A stretch of DNA of 64,000 nucleotides, from assembly GCA_013115125.1 (NCBI GenBank), contig JABANN010000036.1, positions 1 through 64,000 on the forward strand. The letters run 5' to 3'. The translations under genes were made by a program, and so were the position numbers. The stretch comes from Perkinsus olseni. Taxonomy: Eukaryota. Of this stretch, positions 12,533-26,188 are shown piece after piece (the stretch's first letter is position 1; each line of letters begins with the position of its first letter). Below the pieces are notes generated by a model. The model was not told the DNA's origin. It was given only the letters and a program-made list of their open reading frames with translations, and did not search any database.

Positions 12533-14189
12533 CTAGAGCTTAACGCTCTTGATGACATCGATGAAATTACCAGCCATTTCTGGTGTCATATCTGGCATCA
12601 TGCCGTGCCCTAAGTTGGCGATGTACCTACCACGCCGTCCTCAGCACCCCGACCAGCGTAATGAGATCACGTACTTGGACCGTCCACCACCGAAGGCATT
12701 CACGTTCGCTTCAACAGCTTCCTTTACTACAGCGGCAGGGCTATACAGCATCGCAGGGTCCAAGTTGCCTGCCGAATCAAGTCAGCTGCCACTGCCACAT
12801 GGGACGCTGATGATCACCCTGGAGGACCTTCCCAGGGAGCTCGCGTCTGGCCTCTTCCGCCCGTTTCCTCCACGTCACTGAGATGGCGTCATACGCGGAA
12901 TCCTCGAACAAAGTCAAATCTTGGACGTCCTTCGGAAAACCGATGAGCAGAGCGTCAGGTCGCTGTCGCTTGACCTACCAGCACGCATGCACAGCAGGGC
13001 GCACTGCAAAGATTCCCTCTCACCTCGACCGGGATACGCTTGAAATTCTCCAAGCAGAACTCTAGATAGCAATCGGGCGTTATCTCGCCTCCATTAGTAT
13101 CGAAAACCTGAGGCCCAGTAAGTATCACCCGGTGACCTCCCATAAAAGCAGCCGGCCAACCTGCAGAATCTTAGCCCCTGCGTCGTACTGGTTGACCAAG
13201 TACTCGATACAAATATCAGTGATAGCTGCCATAACGCGCTTAGCGTCCTCGGGATAGGTGTAGAGCCTGTTCTGGGCCGTGAAGGCGTCAGAGACCCGAA
13301 GTGAAGCTACTACCACGCTCTGGCCTTGGACCATGTCTTGCTGCCACCACCCTCTACCATGTAACAGAACAGGGACCACGGGGCGCCTGCAACGGTTGGT
13401 CTGACAGTGTTGCCGCGATCAGACTGACAGAACTCACCACAGAAGCCAATGACAGTGAGCTCATTCTGCAGCTTGCTAACAGTAGCGAAGATGGCATCAT
13501 ACACGTAGCCGAGGCCTTCAGTGACGTCAGGTGCAAGGTTGAGGAACCTAATGAACCACCAAGCCTGTGAGGAGGCACCGAAAGGAGCCGAAACTACTTG
13601 TCTATATCAGCTGGCGTCTCGAGCTTGGGACTCAACACTGGTCCCGTCCCCGGTACCATCTCTAGGTGCTGACCCATGACCATTGGGATGGTCAGTATAT
13701 CCGAGAACACTAAGCAAGGCAACTATACCCCTTCCGGAGGGCCACAGCCTTCCCCTTACCAATGCAAGCATCTAGCTTACTGAATCTCCGGTAGGGTTGT
13801 ATCGTGACCTCAGAGGCCAGGTCTGGATCTTGACAGACCTGGCATTTCCCTCTTCATTCAACCCAGCGCATAGTGGCCAAGTATTACCTTTACGAAGTCG
13901 TGTTCAGCCCTTAGTGCCTTAAACTCTGGTAAATAACGGCCGGCCTGCCTCATAATCCATACCGGGATCTCGTCAACCTCCTCGCCGCGAGCGGCACGCA
14001 GCAACCTGACCAGATTGCTGTCAGCGGAAATCGGATTGGATGAAATCTCATTTAACGACAGGCACGGGTCCATTGTGGATAAGCCCCTCACCTGTTCTGC
14101 TTGGGCTCCGGCCAAGAGTACCCAGCATCGAGGAACCCCTTCCTAGCGGCAGAGTAGTCGACTGTGGATGACGAGGAGGAAGGCGCCAT
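12533..14189 (-). CDS. UROD: Uroporphyrinogen decarboxylase (HemE), multi-exon
   Basis: Signature [34 protein letters not shown]^VFDTNGG, and C-terminal [14 protein letters not shown]; stop at 12533-12535. Confidence 0.95.
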
Positions 14190-14505
14190 TGGGCACGGGA
14201 AAGGAGAAGGCACCACGAAAACTGCTGAGAATTCCGTGAGAAAACTTTGAACACGAGATTTGCCGAAGTGTTCAGTAGACCCTTCTGATAGTCGCCAGAG
14301 CATTGCGTGATGGCCTTTGGGTTGGTGATCGAATGCCATGGGCATAAGCCTGCATCGCTCCGCCATCCGAGTGGTGCACGTTGTGCGATTTTCGAAGTTC
14401 CTCTGAGTCGCTCCGCTACCAAATGGCTATTTTCACTACCCCGACCTCTACTGCTCATGTGCTCCGTCCTCACCTTATGCTGTAGTTTTTTGGCACCCTC
14501 AATCG

Positions 14506-17500
14506 ATGTCCTTGTCCACCCCAGCGGCGGCGTATCTTCACCGCCACAACTCGACCACGACCGAGCTCAGACCCCTTCGAATACTCGTGGCCAATAATGG
14601 CCTGTCAGCGTGCAAGTTCATAAGGAGCACTGCCAAGGCTCAGTTGCAGCCCGAAACGTACTGTTGGGGACTCGCTGGTTTCGTCACTCGGTCGTGGTAG
14701 GTGTATCGCAAGGGGAGTGGATCTTTACATTATGGAGACCCCTGACGACCGTGAGGCCGGCCTGTCGTACAGGGCCGAGCCCAACCCATTGGTGCCCCCA
14801 GGATGCGGGGTCAGGGTGGTCCCTGTGGAGACCCCTCCTGGGCCTGGTGCCAACAACTATGGCAATGTCCAGGTGGGAGAGAGCGTCCACTTACCGTCGC
14901 AAGGCTGACTTGGTCGTGGTAGGTTATACGCAGACTCGCAGTCGAGAACGAATGCGATATGATCTGGCCTGGCTGGGGTCATGCTTCGGAGAACCCCGAG
15001 CTCCCTGAAGCCTTCGAAAACACCGGAATAGAATTCATCGGCCCCTCTGCCAAGTAACTCGACCCCTTGGCACCAGCCTTTCGTCGTACCTGCTTCGTTC
15101 AGGTGTATGAAACTCCTGGGGGACAAGGCCGAGTCCACCATCACTGCCAAGAAGTGCGGGGTACGGTTGGCCGGGTCTGGGTCCCACTGAAGGGGATCTA
15201 TCTTCGCTGATGTATTAGGTGCCGTGCATCCCGTGGTCGGGAGATTACCCTGACTTGGCCACTGAAGGCTTCGTAGCTGACGCGGAAGCAGCGGCAGAGT
15301 GCTGTGATAGAATCGGATACCCCTGCATGATTAAGGCTGCTATGGGTGGTGGAGGCAAAGGTGAGTTCGGCAAGGAGTGATAGGGCTTGGATAAAGCTTC
15401 GCTCAAGGCATTCGTATGGTGTCCCGCCGGGAAGAAGTGGCAGACAAGTACGACTTGGTCAGAGGCGAGATCCCTACCGGCGGCATCATGATCATGCGAT
15501 GTGTGACCAGGGCCCGCCATTTTGAAGTCCAGATCCTCGCCGACAAGTAGCGATCGACGCCGGCACACCGTTCCACGCCACGCTGGTTGCGTTATTAGAT
15601 ACAACAACGTAGTTGCCCTGAGCACGCGTGATTGCTCCCTGCAGCGGCGCCAACAGAAGATGGTTGAGGAGGGCCCAGTCGTCCACACCAGCCACGAGAG
15701 GGTCCTCGAGATGCAGGACTGCGCCGCCAGGCTCTGCGCGGAGGTTGGGTAGGTCACGGTCCCTGTTATCGACTAGGCCAACGCTCGGTGGCACAGGTAC
15801 GTTTCGGCGGGTACGGTGGAGTTCCTGTACGACATAGAGACCGACGAGTATTATTTCCTCGAAGTCAACACACGTCTCCAAGTGGAGCATCCTGTCACGG
15901 AGCTCCTTAGTGGTGTCAACCTGCCAAGCGCTATGATCCAAGTGGCTCTGGGGAAGTCTCTCAATGAGATACCCGATGTAGCTGCATTTTTGGCCGATCC
16001 CGAGCGCTACAGGTTCAAGGACAGACACGTGATGGCATGCCGAATAACAGCTGAGGTAATAGCTGCTTCGAAGATCGAGTTTTCATGCTGTTTCCAGGCG
16101 GCTGACGATGGCTTCCGACCGACTTCTGGCGACGTGGAACGCGTGAAGCTGTATGAGGACCAGATCAGCTACGAGGAACTTAATGAGGACGTTTTGTAAT
16201 AATTACACTGGGATAATGTAGGTCCTCAACTGTTCGTCTTGTTCAGTCTTTACTACTTCTCTATCGCGGCCGATGGCAAGAATAAGGCAGCCATCACGCA
16301 GTATTCTGACAGTCAGTTTGGCCATATTTTCGTTGTTGGTAAGGGAGTCTGCAGTAGGCGGCTGGCTGCGTATTGGTCTGTGTAGGTTCCGACCGTCGTG
16401 ATGCGGTAAGGCGTATGGTGGAGGTACTCCGCAACGTGGAGGTTGTAGGAGAGATCAAGTGCAGTGTGGACTACATCAGAGAAGTAAGATCCTGCTGCTG
16501 CTGCTGCTTCGTGGACCACGGCTTTTCGTGGCGTCGTGGACAATCCAGAAAAATAAATAGTGGAGTAGCAGCGGAGTTTCACCTGCGATAAGGAAATCAC
16601 CGCGGAAAACGGGTTTCAAACGGCACTTCAGTGATCACGGACGAAACTGTAGTAAATAAAGAGTATGTGCCAGTAGATCGCTAGAAGAACTTCGTCTCGC
16701 AACGGCAATTCCACGGTTGCTCCACCAACCAAAAGTACTTCTGGGTGAGCGTGTGATAGCCCCTTCGCCTATTAGGTTATGCGTACCAGCGAGTTCGAGA
16801 ACGATACCTACCATACCAACTGGCTGCTATCTCCTACTGAAGGCCAGCGGGTCATCACTAAGGCCATCGCCATGGACTCTGTGGTCAATGGCAGTCTCGT
16901 ACTCGCCAAGGTTGGCGTTGCAGCGTCCATCTGCAAGTAGGCTCACCACTTGGCGTTGCCCTCCCATCCCTTCGTTGTCAGGTTCCTCTATCGGTCCCGT
17001 CGTGCTGAGTCCCAGTTCGAGGCGAAGCTGTCTGCTGCACAGCTCCCTGCGCACTTGGCGACTACCATGCACGAGGACGTGGTTCTCGGGAAATGCGGCC
17101 GACTGCCGTACCGGCCCTGCAAGTTCCTATCGCAGGTCTCGGCTACGGGGCCGAACTCCTTCTGTGTCACCATACAGATGCCCGACGGTGAGAAGGTTAT
17201 GATACCCTACCTGCACGCCGAGCCGGTCGCTGGGGACGTGTATGAGTTCCGACTGAGCGGGTGGCAGTTCAACGCAACCGGCCAGCGCGTCGTGTTCGCT
17301 CCTCACGGTGAGATGCTGACGATGTACTTCGGCGAGTGCAAGAGTGAATGCTGGGAGATCATCAGAGAGGTCGACCCTCATGAGGTCCGCTCACAGATGG
17401 CCGGCAGTGTGCACTCGCTGAAGGTCTCTGATGGCGACCGGGTTGAGGCGGGGGACGTCATTTGCCAAGTGGAAGCTATGAAGATGTTCATGCCCATTCT

Positions 17501-20500
17501 CATGCCCTTCACCGGTGTTATCAAGTTCAACGTGGCTCCGGGTAGTACACTGAAGGTGAACGATTTGATAGCCACCCTGAGCGAGTTGGAAGTGGACGAC
17601 CCTGCCAAGCTAGAGGACTGCAAGCCGATGGTGTACTCTGATGCGAAGGTACTGCATAAGCGACGATTGCCCGTCCAATTCGACCCAACTGACGTAGAGA
17701 ACATCATGAAGGGCTACGAGCTTATCGGGATGACCCCGCATGAATTCGTCGGCAAGCTCACCGAGTACGTCAGCCGGGAGGGCAAGAGGGCAGACGACAG
17801 CTTTGATACTACCACGGCTGAGAGGATACTTGATATGGTCATCAGAGTGGAGGGCCCAGCGGATGAGATGGTCGACCATTTGAGTCACATGAACCCTGGT
17901 GCCTCCCGTCTGGCCCTGTCGGTCGCCAAGGCGGGCCTGGTTGACCCTAAGGACATGGGTCTGCTCATGGACATCGCTCGGAGCCGACGGAATACGCGCC
18001 TTCGAGTTGACATTGCGATGTGCGTGATTGCAGTGTTGTGGGAGAAGTCGGCCTGGGTTGATGCGCTGGAGAAGATTCAGAAATGGAAGACGGCTGATAT
18101 GGAAAACCTCAAGTTGGCTGCCGGTGCTCTAACTCTTCGGGCGAACGGTATCACTGCCAGTGACAGTCTGGCGGAACCGATGCTCACGGTCATCGACGAG
18201 GTGTCTCTTGGGAAGACGGACGCTTCGACGGCCAGCCCCAATGAGCTTAGCAGTATGAGCTCTGATGGCAACTCGAGTTCGGAGGAGAGTGCTAGTGGAG
18301 TGCAGCCGATGGTGAAGAGTCCACTGAAGCGGATGATCAGAAATGACAGTATCCGCAGCCTGTTCGAGCGGGCACTAGGCCGTAGACCATCCGCTGTTGG
18401 GAATATCTCTGGCGGTATGAGGCTGGAAGTTGTTAAGGACTTGTTTCCAGTGTCCAAGGACAACATCACCGACCCCTACACCTACTACGCCCAGCTCAAC
18501 TTCAACCTACAGAGCGCCACTGAGATGCGCTGGTCGGAGTCGGTTGTGTCCGGTGTCAGAAAGCTTGACAATCTGCTGGCTGCCAGTGTGCATCTTTCGG
18601 ACCCCGCCAACTACGTTGCCGAGGTCGTGTCGATGTACCAGCGTATGCGCAGAGAGCTGACCATGGCCGGCCCTTGCCTAGGAGATCGCCGAACTCATCT
18701 GAGGATCGACGTCAAGCCCGTTCGTCTCCTCGAGGGTGTTGGTGACGAGGCCTGTGCCGAGGCTCTGTGTGCTGGCTTGAATGAGGGCGGTGAGGCTGTC
18801 AATAAGGAAGCTCCCGTTGCCAGCGTTGCTGTCGTGCTTGGTCCCCATAGGAGGTAGAAAGGCCAATCCTGGTGGGTGCTTCCTCGCATCATCTACTCCC
18901 TCAGATTCTTCTTCCACAATTCGGCAGTGGTGTCTGAGGCCAAGTTCGTCGAGCTCGCCCTGTACCGCAACGCCCCGCCTCATAGATGGCAGGAGATGGA
19001 GTGCTCTCGGTTTAAGAACTACACCCTCACGCCCTTGCCCCTGAGCCCTTGCCCCAATGCCTACTCTCCTTTGTCGCCCCAGAACGTCACAGACTTTGTA
19101 TCAGTGGTGAAGGCTACACCAAGGGAGTGCAACAAGGGTGAGCTAGGGTGGGTCGAGTGGCTGATGTGCTGACACTTCCTGCAGGTAAATGGTCGGAGCC
19201 CATCCTAAGCGCCAGTGCGTTCGTGACGGGCAGCGCGAAGGACAGAAGTCCGTCGACGGCCGTGAAGCTGGTCGAGAGTGCGATGATCGCGGCGCTCGAC
19301 TCACTCATGATCAACACTAAGGGACCTCGCAGGACCAACCAGCAGTGCAATCGGTAGGCCTGTCATTCGCCGTAGCGTGTCCAACGGAGAGCTTTTAGGA
19401 TGTATCTATCGGTCTCGTGTCCCGACTGGGAGGATGCCGAAGACTCGGACGAGGATGCTGAGGATATGGGCGATAACTCTGCGGTCCTGGGTCGGTCACT
19501 GAGCCAAGCTGAGAAAACCGTGGCTGCCGCTGTTCGTGGCTACTCGTCTGTGTTGTGGGCCTACGCTAATAATCTTGAGGTGAGGCCTTCACGGTGGCTT
19601 GCTTAGGGTGGTCTTTATCCGTCTTTGTAGGTCCGCCTTTCCTTTGGCCAGCATATGCCGATAAGAGTATTCGCCAGAGGGACGCCGTCGCGTGTCGATG
19701 TCACCACTACGGCTTACCATGAAGTCCGTCACCCGACCACCGGTGTGCTGCAGCTTAGACGCCTCCCGAACCCGAATGATGGCAGCCTTGCCGAGAGCGA
19801 TGGCGTCGATGTGGACTCACCGCTGCAGCAGCCGGCCGGTGTCACCGTCAGAAGACACGCTGCTGAGCGGCTGGACGTAGGACGCGATGGTACCGATCTG
19901 CGCAACAACCGTCATTATTTCAGACCACGTACGTCTACGACTTCCTCGAGTTGTTCGAACAAGCTGTCCGAGAGGAGTGGCGACGGAAGAAGAGCGGCCA
20001 TGAAGCCCGTATCATACTGTCCGAGACCAAGCGCTTCGTCAAGGTCGAAGAGCTCAGGTTGAAGCCAGGTGAGTGGAAGCGTCTGCTGGGGTAATGACGG
20101 GTAGGGTGGCTACAGGTATGGAGGACCCCCTGCGCGATAAGGACCCCGCCTCGATGCTCGACTTCGTGCCCAACTCCCCTGGTACCAACAACATCGGTAT
20201 GGTTGCTTGGAAGCTCACGATGAAGGTGGGCGGACGATTTTTGGCAATTTTCCGACAGCGTAGTACCACATTTTTCGCAGATGCCCGAGTGGCCAGCTGG
20301 TCGGGAGGTTTATGTTGTGGCCAATGACATCACGTTCATCCAGGGTTCCTTCGCCCCGAAGGAGGATGACCTCTTTTATTATGTGTCCAAGCTAGCCAGG
20401 ATTAGCGGCGCTCCTCGTCTCTACATTGCTGGCAACTCCGGTGCTAGGCTCGGTATCGCGAAGGAAGTCTTCGCCCGGTTCAAGGTGGCCTGGCGGGAAG

Positions 20501-21893
20501 ATTCTCCTGACGAGGTCGACTATCTGTACCTCGACCGTGAGGACTATGATGCTATTCCCAACTCCGTGAGGGGCGTCTGGGAAGGTGACCGGTTCAAGAT
20601 TACGACCATCATCGGCAAGGAGCACGGCATCGGTATAGAGTGTCTGTCTGCCTCTGGCGTTATCGCCGGGGAGACGTCCTTGACTTACAGCCAGAATATG
20701 ACCATAACCTACGTTACAGCTAGGACTGTTGGCATTGGTTCGTATCTTGCCCGACTCAGTCAGCGTGTGATACAGAAGCGTACAGCGCCTATCATCCTCA
20801 CTGGGTTCAAGGCGCTCAATTCGGTTCTGGGTAAGGAGATTTACACCAGCAACGATGACATTGGAGGCCCTCATGTTATGTTCACCAATGGCATCACACA
20901 GACGACGGTTGACGACGACCTCTCGGGCGTGCGGGAGATGGTACGAAGGATTGCGATGCTTCGGGAACCACAAACGCAGCCGAATAAGATGCCTCATGTC
21001 GATGGGCCTGACTGTATCTACGACAAGCACTCCTTTGAGGAGCAGATGGAAGGCTGGGCCCCTAGTGTCAGGGTTGGTCGGGCGGCGATCGGCGGTTCGC
21101 CGGTCGGTATAGTGATGTCGGCTACGGAGACTACTACTGCAGTGAGGTTGGCTGATCCTGCGGACCTGAGCTCCTCGGAGAAGACCATCACCTACGAGCC
21201 TGGTGTGCTGTATGCTAATGGGGTATCCAAGGTCGCCCAGACCGTGAGTGACCTCATCACCGAGGAGCTGCCGCTGGTCATGGTGCTCAACTCCCGAAAG
21301 GTAGTATGAGAACGCCGGGCCTTACTCGAGGGAAGCATAATGGGATTTTTCTTTTCAGGTTGATAGCACGGACATCGAGATGAACCATAATATATCCCAG
21401 CTCGTTGAGGAGCTTGTGCGATTCGAGAAGACCGGCAAGCCTCTCATTGTATTGCCCGCCAAGGGTTGCCTACTGTCCACTGAAGTCAAGACGGCTATCG
21501 AGTCCGCAGCACCCACCAGCTACATTTTCGATAACTCCTATGGGTCTCGGGACATGTGGACGTGCCTGTCGCTTGCCGACAGCGAGAGCTATTCTTGGAA
21601 CGAACTGCGCAGCTGGCTTGCGTGCTTCCTAGGCTGTGAGCCGCAGCAGTTCATCGGTGTTACCGGTGCCAACGATGATATCGACGAAATTAAGAAGGAG
21701 CTACTGGGATACATGAAGGAAGGGTGAGGACGGCGCAGGAGATTTGGTTCGACCGTTGACCGCTGTGATTGTCAGGTACGGCAGTCTGGTGGAGAGCGTC
21801 GTTCAGAGCCAGAACAAAGGCAATCCCTTGGTGGCTGGCCCTTCTGCTGCCCTCACATCAGCCAAGTCTGTCTTGCGTCCGCGTGATCTCTGA
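14506..21893 (+). CDS. ACC: Multidomain eukaryotic-type acetyl-CoA carboxylase (BC-BCCP-central-CT) with a divergent, shortened CT C-subdomain
   Basis: [24 protein letters not shown]^[36 protein letters not shown]; biotinylation motif EAMKM (~17472); CT motifs [47 protein letters not shown]. Last exon ends ...LRPRDL*. Confidence 0.93.
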
Positions 21894-22029
21894 GTACGCC
21901 AAGAAAGATACTGAGCTGGCTCGTGAATAGAGTATTATTAAGATTGTTGTTAAGATATCATACGGGCCTACCTAGAGCTCCCCTAGTTCCTCTCGTTTTA
22001 CATGTAGTATTGATCACGCTAAGGCCGCG

Positions 22030-25000
22030 ATGAAGGGCCCGTTAGTGATGCCATTTTCGACGGAGGTCGCTGAGCCTAGCTTGACTCCTCCCACAGGCAT
22101 TCACGCCCTTTCGCTATGACGCTACTGCTCCCACTAGTATTACCAAACACTTTCCGCGGCTCCCGACTAGCCGTTTTGCCAGTCCGATCCGAGATGGATC
22201 CTTCGACCCAACTCCGGAACCGTTCTCTTCATAAGATCATCATGCGAGTTGAGTTGTGTCACATAGCCAGGAGCTCGGGGTCAGTCGTGCAGCTAGGGTT
22301 CCTTCATAATGATACCATTCTACCGCCACGGCGTGCTCATCAACAACTACAGTGAGGACCTCTTCGGAGTCGATCTGTACAAGAAGAGGTACGCTGGCAG
22401 TACAGCTAGGGTCGTGTGATTTTGATTGTATCAGATCGAGCGGAGCGATGCTGGAGGACCCTCAAGTGACAGCGGCGAGGAAGTGTAGGATGGTATTCCT
22501 TTAGTGGCGTTCTGGAGAGCTATCATCAGGTTCGGTGTCCCATTTGGCTCACCAGTGGTACTCTCCGAAACCGTACAGTACAGTTCCGGATCCAGAAACA
22601 GCAGCGGCACAGGACAGAAGGTAGTATGGCTCATGTTGGCTGCTGCTGCGTTGTAATGCGATTACTCGTGCTCAGGTTATGCGTACCACAACACCTGTTA
22701 TTCGGCCATGCTGGGGATGTTGATAAGGATCCAAGGAGGAATCTACAGAGGAGGGAGTTCTACTCAAGCCATCAGTTCTTCTACCAGAACCCTGTCGTAG
22801 TAAAGGGCATTTCACTCCGACGTGGGTGGCCTTAAGAGTGTCTCCACCGGCGAGGGATGAGTGTTTGGCGATGAATATCGGTTAAAGCAGGCTCGATATC
22901 ATAGAAAATTCGATACCAAAGTGATATCGGTGTGAAGCACCCTTGATTGTCGTCGCATCTGTTCCGACTAAACCATCCGGTGGTATGATGATCGGATTAC
23001 TATCACGCTCTTGCCTGAAGGGAGACTGTTTCTCTTGGTGGAAATGGCGGGACTCAGGCCAGCGGAGAGATCAAGCAAGCGCACAGGGTGCCGAGTGAAC
23101 TCTATCTGGGAGATCCTCAGGACCTACAGGTGAAGGCCCACGTCCATCAGTCAACAGTCGTTCATTGGCCGATTCTCGCAGGGAGTGGCGCCAGTCTCGA
23201 CGAAGCTAGTACAACGATCTCGAAGTAGATGGTCCGATGAAGCCGCAGCGGACCCGTAGGGTCTGATTGAGCTACGGTGGGTCCGGTGATGAGGCTTGTC
23301 AGGTTCGCTACCACAAATTCGCTCCATTTTCGGAGTAAGAGCCTGAATCTTCCGCAGGGTAATTAGCTCTTTGAGGGCAACTCTGTCTGTGGCTATGTTC
23401 AACCCTTAGATGCCCCTCGGCACCCCAGAAGGATGGGAGAGTTCACGGCTGCCGTCAGCAGGAATTACCACAAGCTTGGCCTCCGTGAGGCTATGGCTGC
23501 CGGCGCTTGCAGTGGAAGATGACTGTCCACCAATCATGATGTTCTCGTCCCTTATGCCGTTGTCCGACCTCTCCTAGTGGTTGAGCTCCGAGTGCTCGGG
23601 GGATTGGCTGATGGGCAGGGTCATCGTTGAGTGGTGGATGTCGTCGGAGCATAGCTCGGAGAAGGGAGTAACACAAGCTGACCTCAAGCAGGTGGACATT
23701 GACGCTGAGTTCAAGTCTTCGAGCTCGTCTGATGGCAGCGAGTCCGAGGGAGAGGACGATGGAAGTGAGCTCCGCAAGCGCTGGTGGAGGGCGTACTGGG
23801 TGGTAATCTGTACAGGGCCTGAGTCCACCCCGGAAATGCTGATGCGGGCGGTAGCGGTCGGCGGGGAGCTGGCTAAGCAGATGACCGACAAGTGGGTCAG
23901 CGACAACCAAACGGGTGGGTTAGGGGGCAGCTGAGGTGGCTGTTAAGGGACGATTCTTTGCAGGACTGAAATACTGCTACAGCGGTAGTGAGAAGAAGCT
24001 GTTCATGTGGAACCCCCGGTCACAGTCGATGTACCATTGGAAGGGTCGGGGAAGCATGGACTTTATGTGGCAAGCGAACCAGTCCTCGCAAGAGCAGTAC
24101 CAGCAGCAGGGGCGGGCTCAGCCACAGGCCGCGGTGGGGGAGGTAGTAGCGTGCGCGGGACGGAGAGGGTTTAGTCTGAGTGTGGGTTGTTAGGCACCAA
24201 AGTCCTCGGATGATGCTGAGCAGGCAGACCATGAAGAGAAGGTTTTATGGATGACTTATGTAAGGTGTGGTACTCGGATTTTGTGGGAGCCGCCAGGGGG
24301 GCTAAAGCGAGCAGCAGGCATCCCCCCTGCCCTACGTCTGTCGGAATTTGGGAAGTGTATTCATAGGCGATGGCCTGAATCTGATCAGATACCATCATCA
24401 TATCTATGGGGAAAGGATCCTCAGAAGAATATGGATTCCCCAGAGGATTCCGCCGAGGAGAATGACGCTGCGGGTGACGATGAGGAGTCGGAGCCGAGTT
24501 CGGCGACCGAGCCCAAGCATAAGAAGGCCAGGATGGCTGCTGATAATGCATCCGTGAGTCCACCTCACCGGTGAACTCGGCGGCCTCGATCGCTCGTTCA
24601 GATGCTGGCCAAGTGCGACGCCAGAGTCCCCGGTTTCAAGGACTTCGCCAAACGCTGGGCTATCGATGTTAACATCATGCGTCACTTTGCCAAGCATGAT
24701 GGTATGCTCATTAGGCATGTGATAGACTCGTTCAAGCCAACCAAGGCGAAGGCTAAAAACGCACTGCAGAAGTAGTAGTGGAAGGACTACTCCTCCTCCT
24801 CCTCTTTGCTGCTCATGTGGCTACAGAAGTAGTAGTGTAGTTAATATTGGTGTCTTTCGGAAGCGGATAGAGGAGTCATCATAGTAGGCGAGTTTTCTTC
24901 GAAAATCTGATTTCCTTTACGGTGCGGATCATGCTGCAACAGTAGCGCTTCAGATACCTGCAAGGCCTCACCAAGTTCCCACAGAAATGGCGTATAGTAG

Positions 25001-25655
25001 CAGCCTGCAAACAAGCAGTCCTTCTGGAAGAGGCCGAGGGAGAGACGCGGGAGCTGGTACCTCCCCGCTCGGTGGTTGTCGGTAGGGAGTTGGCAGCGCC
25101 TTTTCGTGACCCCTACTGTACTGTTAGGCTCGGCTGAGGAGGATCTGCGGGGGCCGAGCGATGAGAGCGTCACTCGCCTGGTGCTGCCACCCGACGCTGG
25201 ATACGTCTCACCTGAGCACTTCCGAATCTTCCCGCTTGGTGACGACTTCTACGTAATTTTCGGGCTCGGGATGAAAAACGGTTTCAATGAGTTCACCACA
25301 GGTCCAGGACCTCGGCAGCGACTACGGCATAACAGTGGATGGACTGCGGTATAGATCGACTGACGGGCCGATAGGACCGCTCAAGGACGGTGAGTCGGTC
25401 GTCGCCCTCCTGTCGGTGATTGGTCCAGCACTCTCAGGGTCTATCGTCTCGATCGGTGGTGGGTCACAGCATGCGCCTCCTATGTTCCTTTGCGAGTTCA
25501 ACGCCCCGAAGGAGCTGCGGAAGCGGCGAGTAGAACCAGCGACGCCCAGCTCTCCTGAGGAGGCTACTACGGATGCTGATGCAGCTAGTAATGCGACCAA
25601 CGGTGAGAAAAATGCACCGGAAGAAAGTGTCCAGCAAGAAACTGTGGAGACTTAG
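22030..25655 (+). CDS. Multi-exon hypothetical protein with a C-terminal FHA-like domain (the 5' part may be a separate gene)
   Basis: Spliced C-terminus LGSAEEDL...YVSPEHFRIFPLGDDFY^VQDLGSDYGITVDG...LKD^GSIVSIGG follows FHA spacing (SxxH; DLGSxNGTxVNG; LxxGDxIxIG). An intron of about 180 nt at ~24772-24953 joins ...KNALQ to KYLQGLTKFPQKW. Confidence 0.6.
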
Positions 25656-25753
25656 TTTTGACAGAATCTTGAGTTATGGAGTTGACAAAGTTAATAGCAT
25701 AGTGAAAGGGGGAGTTTTCCTTGAGCGGGTCGGTGGCGGGCTTGCTAAACGGG

Positions 25754-26154
25754 ATGGCCACAGCAACGAGGGATCGTCCGGCACTACGAGTGCTTCTACC
25801 AGAACAGTTCCAACGTGCTGAGGCCCGCAATCAGCTATTGAAGGAAACGTGCAAGCACCAGCGGAACCCGATAGACCCCTCAGTGGTGAAGGGCGAGGGA
25901 TGCAAGGCGATGCTCGACAGTATGTATAAGGACGACTCCTCTCAAGTACGGGCAAGACCGGTGCTATGGCGTCCTGAGCTATCGTGGCAGTTCCTTGCAG
26001 CGGTCACACGAGTAGCAGATGCCTCTTCTTCCTCCTCAGACGAGATGCTTGGCGAGATGAAGCTTGTAGGCTAGGCGATGTGACCTGGTCTCTGCTCTCT
26101 GTTTTCCGCAGGTGTTTTGGTTCTGCGCTCACTACGGCCGAGTGGAGTGCATGA
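25754..26154 (+). CDS. Small spliced hypothetical protein
   Basis: MATATRDRPALRVLLPEQ...MYKDDSSQ^FLAAVTRVAD..., with two GT-AG introns. No family recognised. Confidence 0.45.
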
Positions 26155-26188
26155 AGGTTATGCAAGAGAAGCTTCCAGTCGACCTCAA

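Noticed and set aside
15245-21030. Long minus-strand ORFs (15245-15757, 15492-16028, 18077-18469, 20392-21030)
   Set aside because: Antisense shadows of ACC exons.
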